From assembly GCF_009914755.1 (NCBI RefSeq), contig NC_060926.1: a stretch of 64,000 nucleotides of DNA. One strand, 5' to 3'. The position numbers and the translations under genes are program-made. Positions 47,893 to 64,000 of this stretch are shown here, one piece after another; positions within the stretch are counted from its first letter, which is position 1, and each line of letters starts with the position of its first letter. Source of the stretch: the human T2T-CHM13v2.0 reference genome, Homo sapiens. A model generated the notes under the pieces. That model saw only the letters and a program-made list of their open reading frames with translations. It had not been told where the DNA came from and made no database searches.

Positions 47893-48777
47893 AAAATACA
47901 GATTGTTCTATAGTTCTTTTTAGATACTAAAAATCTCCAATGAAGTTTTTGTTATTAATTGCAATTTTAATTCAGTATATAGGGTTAATAGTATGTTTTA
48001 AAATATGGCTTAAAACCTGACACAAAACAATAGAATGCTTTTCTTTGTCCTCAACCTGAAATACGTGCTGAACTACAATGAAGGCTGAGTTAGCTAATTA
48101 TGATGTTTAAATATACAATTTACATGTATGCATAGTGTCATAAATCTTTGCAATGCTCTTTACTATTAGGGTTTGTTATTTAGTATTTTCCAGATGGATG
48201 CTTTTACGAGCCAAAACATAGGAACATTTTCTGAATTCACCTCTGGGCATTAAGACAAAAGAAGTAGAGGTATTATAACCTGACTTGTTTGAAACATCAC
48301 TATGCTACTCTGAATGACAGTTTACAATTTACAAGTAGGGTGTGGCTAAAAAAGTCACTGAAGCAGACATAAGCATAGGTTTTCCCTCATACATACTTCC
48401 GGCCTGTCAGTCATGCCTCTCAAATGCTTTGTTGCACAGGCATGCCAATAAGTAAAACCACATTTTATCAGTTTTGTGCCCAAAGGCTTTTAAAAGGCCA
48501 TGCAACCATATCAGTGTTTGAAAACCCCAGATTAAAGTTGAAGTCCTCAAGCAGATACTTTTCTTCCATTTAAAAGAGTAGTCTTGTATTTTCTTAAAGT
48601 GATTGATGTAAGAATGATAAAAACTTAATATTTTAACAAAATTGTTAAAACTTTGGTTATTTATCTTGCTTCCAACATTTTCTATAATTTTTACACATCT
48701 AAAAAATTCTAATGTGAATGAATTAAAATATGTATCATTTTCACTGAATGTATGCATATTAAGATATAGTAAAAACA

Positions 48778-51715
<2,938 letters not shown>

Positions 51716-51724
51716 AGTTTAAGT

Positions 51725-52032
51725 CAGCACTACACATAGCTGTATCAGCTGCATTTGTAGCTGTAACATTTACTGTGATTTTGTGTACAGGTATAAGCAA
51801 CTAAATAATTTATGTCTTTTAGTATAGAATTGTTACATGAATCTATTTTTTTAACTTATAAATTATTTTCCATTTATCTCTTCTCTATAAAGTTATGACA
51901 TTTCATTGTCATTAATAATATGTGTACATATACATGTGTTCATTATGAGTTCGATTTGAGTAAAGTAAAATTGATCTTCTTTGAAATATGTTTTAAAAGG
52001 GGGAAAAGGTCTAAGAGGGTTAAGAATACCTG
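51725..52032. mobile_element. Probable old hAT-type MITE interrupting the gypsy fossil
   Basis: AT-rich ~300 bp starting cag and ending ggttaagaatacctg, a Charlie-like terminus. Confidence 0.4.
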
Positions 52033-52269
52033 ATTGATATAAAACATAAGAAAATATGGGAAAATGATCCTAACAAACCAATTATCTATAACCAGATAAG
52101 ATAAAATGGGTATAATCTTTTAGTCCTTAATTAAACAAAATATGACTGTATCAGTACTAAATATAAATATGTCTATATGTAGGATGTCTTACATTTTAAA
52201 TGAGAAAGCTAGCAATTCCTATTTGACGAAACAACTCACCTGCTATCAAATATGATTATGAATTCTATT

Positions 52270-52680
52270 CATACTTGAATGTTGGGTGAGTTTTGACTAA
52301 ATTGGGCAATGCATTTGCAACTATTTGGATAATTTCTTATACACAGATGGCAATCAGCAAAGACCTAGATTCTTCATTAACCTAATGATATTATCAGAGA
52401 ACGTTTTACCACCCTCACGTGTGAGAATCCCGAGATAGCATATTGTTTGGTTGTGAAAATCTGATTGGCACTCACAAACTAGCCATTATAAAGGCAATAT
52501 TCGTACAGTTACATAAAGGCTCCCCTGGCAAAGAGAAACTAAATAGTAATAATCCAGTCTGTGCTTTTCTGTGGAGCTTACAAGAGGCCTTATTCCAGGG
52601 CAGTAAGTGGGCAAGGATTGAGTGAATTCTGCGAAACATAAGACTCACTACAATTGTGGCATATGGTGGCAGGGCTATAG
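52270..52680 (-). mobile_element. Possible decayed gag (capsid) of the same gypsy element
   Basis: Weak frameshifted motifs in the expected order: FAEF.LNPC, IRPLVSSTEK, ARGAFM*, YNG*FVSA..IF, NEES. Confidence 0.45.
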
Positions 52681-52799
52681 CATGGCCAGGTAAATACCTA
52701 GCAGCAATATGTTTCAGGAGATTGGCCCTCTGCTTCTAAACTATTTAATCCATAAGGAATCGCTTTGTGTGTATGCTATTAGGCGGGGGTTTAAAAACT

Positions 52800-53130
52800 T
52801 ACATTTTAATCACATAGATATCCAAATAACCTAGCACCATTTATTTAAAAGATTATCCTTTCTCTTCTGCACTACAGTGTCACCTTTGTCATAAATCATA
52901 TGGCCATACTATATATGGGGTGTGTTTCTGGCTTATTTGCTTCCGTTGGTCTGTTTGTCTATTCTTGCATCAATATCACTATTCAATTACTATAGACTTG
53001 TAAAAGTTCTTGATTTCCAGCACTGTAAGTCTTCCAGCTTTGTTGTTCTTCAGAATTGCCTTAACTATTCTTGGTCCTTTGCATTTCCATTTTCATCTTA
53101 TAATCAGTTGTCAGTTTACACCAAAAATAC
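52800..53130 (-). mobile_element. Old L1M ORF2 fragment
   Basis: tagcaccatttattt...cacctttgtcataaatc...ctttgttgttctt. Confidence 0.7.
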
Positions 53131-53137
53131 TGTTATA

Positions 53138-54130
53138 GGCCTAAAGAGACACCTTACCAAAGAAGATATACATATGGCAAATAAGCATAGGAAAAGATAC
53201 GCCACATCATATGTCATTAAGGAAATGCAATTTTCAATAATGAAAATAACAAGGAGATATGACTACACACCTATTGGGATGGCCAAAATCTAGCACACTC
53301 ATGACATAAAATGCGGTGGAACAACAAGGATTCTTATTCATCAATGGTGGGAATGCAAAATGGTACAGTCACTTTGGAGGAAAGTTTGGTGCTTCCTTAC
53401 AAAACTAAACATACTCATACTGTATGACCCAATGCTTGCACTCCTTGATATTTACCCAAGGGAACTGAAAACTTATGTCCACACAAAATCCTGCACACAG
53501 ATATTTATCATAGCTTTATTCATAACTGCCAGAACTCAGAAGTAACCAAGTTGTTCTTCAGTCGATGACTAGATAAACTGTGGTACATTTAGATAATGGA
53601 GTATTATTCAACACTAAAAGTAAACGAGATATCAAGCAATGAAAAAAACATGAAGAAACCTTATTAAATGCATATCACCAAGTGAAAGAAGCCAATCTGA
53701 AAAGGCTGTATGATTCCAACTATGTGACATTCTAGAAAAGACAAAACTATAGAAACAATAAAAGCATCAGTGGTTACCAGGGACTAGGGAGGAGAGAGAG
53801 ATGAACAGGCAGAGCACAGAGGATTCTAAGGACAGTGAAACTAGTCTATATGATATTACATGGTGGATATATGTCATTGTACACATATTTGTCTAAACCT
53901 ATAGAATATGCAACACAAAGAGCAAACACTAATGTAAATTAAATTATTATTCTGGAGGATAATGATGTATAAATATAGGCTCACCAATTGTAACAGATGT
54001 ACCATTCTAGAAGGGGATGTTGTTATAGGGGAAGACTGTTATATGTGTGGGAACTGGGGTTATAGGGGAAATCTCTGTACCTTCAGCTTAATTTTGCTGT
54101 GAACCTACAATGACTAAAAAAAAAAAAAGA
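53138..54130 (+). mobile_element. L1MC1-like 3' end
   Basis: ORF2 tail, 3' UTR ending ggaaatctctgtacctt...ttttgctgtgaaccta, then poly-A. Confidence 0.82.
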
Positions 54131-54204
54131 AACCTATTAAAATAATTTTTATAAAGATACTCAGGAATGAAAAAATACTTTTCAGACTTTGGGGTTGTTC
54201 TGCA

Positions 54205-55095
54205 GTACATACATTTAACAAAAGATTTGTATAAGGAATATATGAAGAACTCTTGGAAAGTGTAAGAATAGGGATGATAACTCTATAGAACAATAGGCAG
54301 AAGGCAAAAGTCTTGAAAGGGCACCTCACAAAAGATATATCCAAATTCCCAATAAACATATAAAAAGAAACTTTGTGAATCATCAGAAAAATACAAATTA
54401 AGTAAAATGGTAGTGGTGGTTGGGGGTTGAGGATACCAAGTGTTGGCAAGGATGGGGATGTAAGAGAATTCTCACGTATTGGCAGTGAGAACATAAATTG
54501 CTATAGTTACTCTGGAAAAATCCTAAGAGGTATCTACTAAAGCCGAAAAAACACATGCCCTAAGACCCAACAATTCAAGTCCCAGATATTATACCCAAAA
54601 GAAATGGGTATATACATTCACAAAGGACATGCAGGATAATATTTATAATAGCCTCAAACTGGAGACAACCCAAATGTTTCTTAATGATGAAATGAATAAA
54701 CAAATTGTGGTATACAGTGGGATAATATACATAACAATATGGGTGCATTTCACAAACATAATAGTAATAAAATTATGTTTTCCTCATCTACCTCTGCCAA
54801 CACACAGAAAGGTGCAAATAGTCATCTGTGTGTATTACTACAGTATATATATTTATGAATGAACTTATTTCTGGATAAGGATGTGTAATTCTCTTCCAAA
54901 ACCAGGTGAAACTGATTTATAGTATTAGAAGGCAGGAACTTTAATCCTTTGCAGTATAAGAAGATGGGACAAAAGAGCCTTTTGGAGTGCTGGTAAAATT
55001 TAGTTTCATGGTCTGGATGCCAATTATATGTGTGTGTTCACTTAGTCAAAATTCTTTGAGTTGAACACTTACAATATGTATATTCACTATAATAG
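54205..55095 (+). mobile_element. Old L1ME-type 3' fragment
   Basis: Decayed ORF2 tail and UTR (gacccaacaattc, ctggagacaacccaaatgt). Confidence 0.65.
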
Positions 55096-56639
55096 AAACA
55101 AAATTTGGCTCTTCCAAAGCAAATCTTGTTATCAACTCATCTACCCATACTCTATGTTGAAATCCCATGCTTTGGAACAGGAGTTTGTGATGACAGCTAA
55201 ATATACTGCAGAGGCTTTAGAAAAATAAAGGTAGATGAGGAAAACATAATTTTATTACTAGAATGGTTTGGTCAACAATGGAATGTGTAAACTCTAACTA
55301 AATAGCTGTGTCTGCTGGAAGGGACTCTAACCCAGAGAAACCTAGGGATTCCTCCCTTCAATTGCCATATATTTTCCTTTTTTTGAGTAAAAGATTTTCC
55401 TAAGCATTTGAACTAAATTCTTTGATAGGAAAAAAAAGACTATATATTCTATACAACCTTAAAATACTATTTATTTAAATCATTTTAAGGTATTGTTTTC
55501 AAGATTTCTTGAAATTCCTGACCTGAGTCATCTTTGTGATGTGTCACACCCTGTCACATTAAGTTACCTTACATCGAATAAACAGAAGAAAGGTTATAAA
55601 AACCTAGCATGCATACCACCTGACATGAAAATATTTCCCAGCTATTCCTTCTGCTTAAATGAATGCATCTCAAATACCTAGATTATTAGCTTGGAAAAAT
55701 TACACACTTTACAAAATAATGGAAGAGTAATCTCTCTGTATTACTGTAGAACATACATTTATGAGTATACTTAATTCTAGATAAGGGTAGAGTTTTACTA
55801 GAAATATTATGTTTCTCTTTCACATTTTGTCTTTTCATATGAATGTACATGTACAAACTTGTTTTACTTCTTTCTTGGAAGCAGTCTTATGCACAACATG
55901 GTAACTATCTACTGTAAGTGGAATTTAGCCAGAAAATAAAGAAGAAAGAACTAATTGAAAGTTAACAGAAAATTTGGCCAGAAAGTGTTTATGGAACTTA
56001 ACACATGATTTGTTATGAAAAAGCATTATTATGAACACCTAAGTAACCTAGAATAGCTCCAAACACTTCTTTTTTGATTAATAAGGCAAAATAAAGTGAG
56101 GCTCTCAGAAGGATATTCAGGTAATGTAGAAAAAAATTTTCCTAAGGAAAAGGAATCACTCTATGCACATAATTAACAGTCCCCATTAATGTAAATTATT
56201 TAGCTATGATAAGCAATGTTTTATCCTCTATCTCATATTTTATTATAAATATAGCTTTAAAATGCCCACTGAATGAACAACTTCCTTTAGTTCTAGAGGA
56301 ATTGTAGAAGTTTCCATTTCATAACTGAAGGAATTGCTTAGATCAAGGTCTAAGGTAAAAACCTCCAGTTCCACATTAGTATTAAAACCTGTCAGTATGA
56401 TACCATGCAAAGGTGTTACAGTGATTGTATGATACAGGGCTCAAAGCTACTTTGCTGCACTGTGCTATGTAAGTGGTGTAAGCACTTGCTTGTAGCATTG
56501 TTAATATAATATGGTAAACAAGACAAAGAAAACCTTTCTTGCTATCTTTTCTATGCCAAAATTAAAAAAGAACCACACAACTAATCTGTAACATGCAACA
56601 TTATGGTGGTAAAAAATATGGGAAATGGCAGTGGACTTA

Positions 56640-56845
56640 AAAAGCAGACTAGTAAAGTGATTTAGAGTATGAGATTTGTAGTCAAACAGGCATGGTTTCA
56701 AAATCTGCCACTGACAGTCTGAGTCTGTGTCCTCATTTGTAAATGGGAAAACTAATATTTAACTCTGTAGTTGTAAATATGAAATATGATAGTAATTACA
56801 GAGCTTAGCATTATGGCTTGCAAATAGCATGTGCTAATAGTAGTT
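56640..56845 (+). mobile_element. MIR
   Basis: tctgagtctgtgtcctcatttgtaaatggg core with 3' tail. Confidence 0.65.
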
Positions 56846-57489
56846 ATTTTTAATGAAGATTGGTTCCTATATTCCCTAACCTTGATAATATTCCATTTTT
56901 ATTTATTTCAAGTTCAAAAGGTACATTTATTTTACACTGTATTTACAAAGGAACAGAGTATAAATCTAACAGGGAACAAAGGAAACAAAAATGACAGGCA
57001 TACATATTTACATACCAAGTATAGCAAAATTTGTTGAGAAGAGTCTTTCTTTAAATGTTACTACTTGTATCATTTAATAGTCAAAATCAGTTGCTAAGAA
57101 TAATTTATCATCTCAGGAAGAAGTTTTAGAAGGCTCAACATATATGACTCAAACTATGACTTTCTTAATGAAAAAAGTTTACTTTTATCTTCTGAAAATC
57201 TCCAAGTTGCTGGAGGTCATGTACATCAGATCACTGCCAATTTTTAAAAGATTCAAAGGCTCTTAAATTAGCAAGTCACAATTGCTTAGGAAAACTATTT
57301 GAAGTATATATTCAACTTTCAGTAATATTAACACATGAAAAAAAATCCTTACACCTAACTATAATCAGTAATATGTTGCTGGATCTTCCAAAACAAGAGA
57401 TGAGGTATTCTTTTATTTTTGTTTTATTTTGTTCTTTTTCTTTTTCTTTTTTTTTTTTTTTTTTTGAATTTTTTGATTGATTCTATATT

Positions 57490-61341
<3,852 letters not shown>

Positions 61342-61716
61342 GAGACAAGGTATTCTTAAGAGTCCAGACTTTTCGGACCTCCACACTAGCATATTCCAGC
61401 ATACAGAGTTTCTTTAACTTCATTTAACAGAAGAGAAGATCCTTTGAAATGTAGTGAAAGACAGGCTGGTGTATTTTTGCAATCTTTCCTTCTAAGTTTA
61501 GACACAGATTTTGTTGCTGATACCTTGGCCAACAGCTGCTGTGTTTATCAGTTTTGCTTTAGTTCACTGTCCTTACTGCGAAATGTGATGTCCAAACCTT
61601 GAAGTTATTGAACTAGAAAATGGGGAAGACTCTCAAGATGTATTTACTTTCTCAAAAGAATCTTGAAATGCAAATTTCTGCATAAGTGCATGAGATATTA
61701 AAGACATCGGGTCCTA

Positions 61717-61845
<129 letters not shown>

Positions 61846-61848
61846 TTA

Positions 61849-62260
<412 letters not shown>

Positions 62261-62307
62261 TCACCGGTTTGTTATGTCTTAGGGTAGGGACAATGGATCC
62301 CAAATTA

Positions 62308-62748
<441 letters not shown>

Positions 62749-63029
62749 TTATGAATCCCTGTCTTAGTATCCTCAATTCAAGAATTCTGGAATGCACTGG
62801 TTCTGGTCCAGGAGTGCTCAGATGTTGACCCAGTGACTGCCTGCATGCCTCGACTTGCAGGCCACAGACATTAATGATGCCCTCACTTAGGGGTATGAGG
62901 TTGATCTGGTGCCCAGCCCTGGAGCCTCTTGCTCAGCCAAGGTTAACTCTGCAGGAGGTGCAGCCATCTCCTGTGCCCAGCCAACCTACCCAGTATTCCA
63001 TTTGTAGATTCAGCATAGTATTATAAAAA

Positions 63030-63528
<499 letters not shown>

Positions 63529-64000
63529 GATGCAAGTAATCCCTTTGAAAGCTGGAATGTCTACAAAATGGATGATATAATAATTTGGATGGCAGTTGAG
63601 AGGATAAATAACATAAAAATGCCATTTTAAAGTATATATAATCAAGAAAGCTGTGGCTGGCTTTTGTTAATTTTGTAGACAATACACAGGTGATAAACAT
63701 TAAAGAAGAATCATTTTTCTCTGTGATTAGTTTATTATGGTACTTAGAATCAGAAAACTTAGTTAATATGAATATTTTGTCTTATTCAGGAATAAGATAT
63801 TAACACAAGTTTATGTACATTGTAGTATAGAATGTATGACAAGCGTACTCATGGTTTTTGTTGAGAAGAAATGCCCTCTTTGGCTCTATAATTCACTTCT
63901 AACAGAAATGATATATTTTTATGTTATCAGATTAATAACTATTTGTAAAGCCCTTCAAAGATGAAAAGTACTCCATAAATGCTTAGCATTTATTACCACT

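Overview
AT-rich, repeat-dense primate (very likely human) intronic DNA. One clear host coding exon lies on the minus strand (3724-3886). I recognise its peptide from memory as the C-terminal part of WDPCP/fritz. Nearly all listed ORFs are fragments of L1, Alu, MaLR or Tigger2 elements, or belong to an MTFR2 (FAM54A) processed pseudogene (56898-62993) that carries nested L1s. Most notable: (1) a heavily decayed Ty3/Gypsy, sushi/chromovirus-like gag-pol fossil on the minus strand (~49130-52700), readable only by translating across stops and frameshifts; (2) private mutations, including a shared nonsense codon, common to two inverted L1PA copies ~13 kb apart, suggesting non-allelic gene conversion; (3) several local inverted templated insertions (17 bp to ~670 bp); (4) a retrocopied 28S rRNA fragment; (5) a full-length L1PA whose antisense promoter/ORF0 points toward the host exon. 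Repeat subfamily names come from recalled consensus sequences, not a database search. Boundaries of old repeats are approximate.
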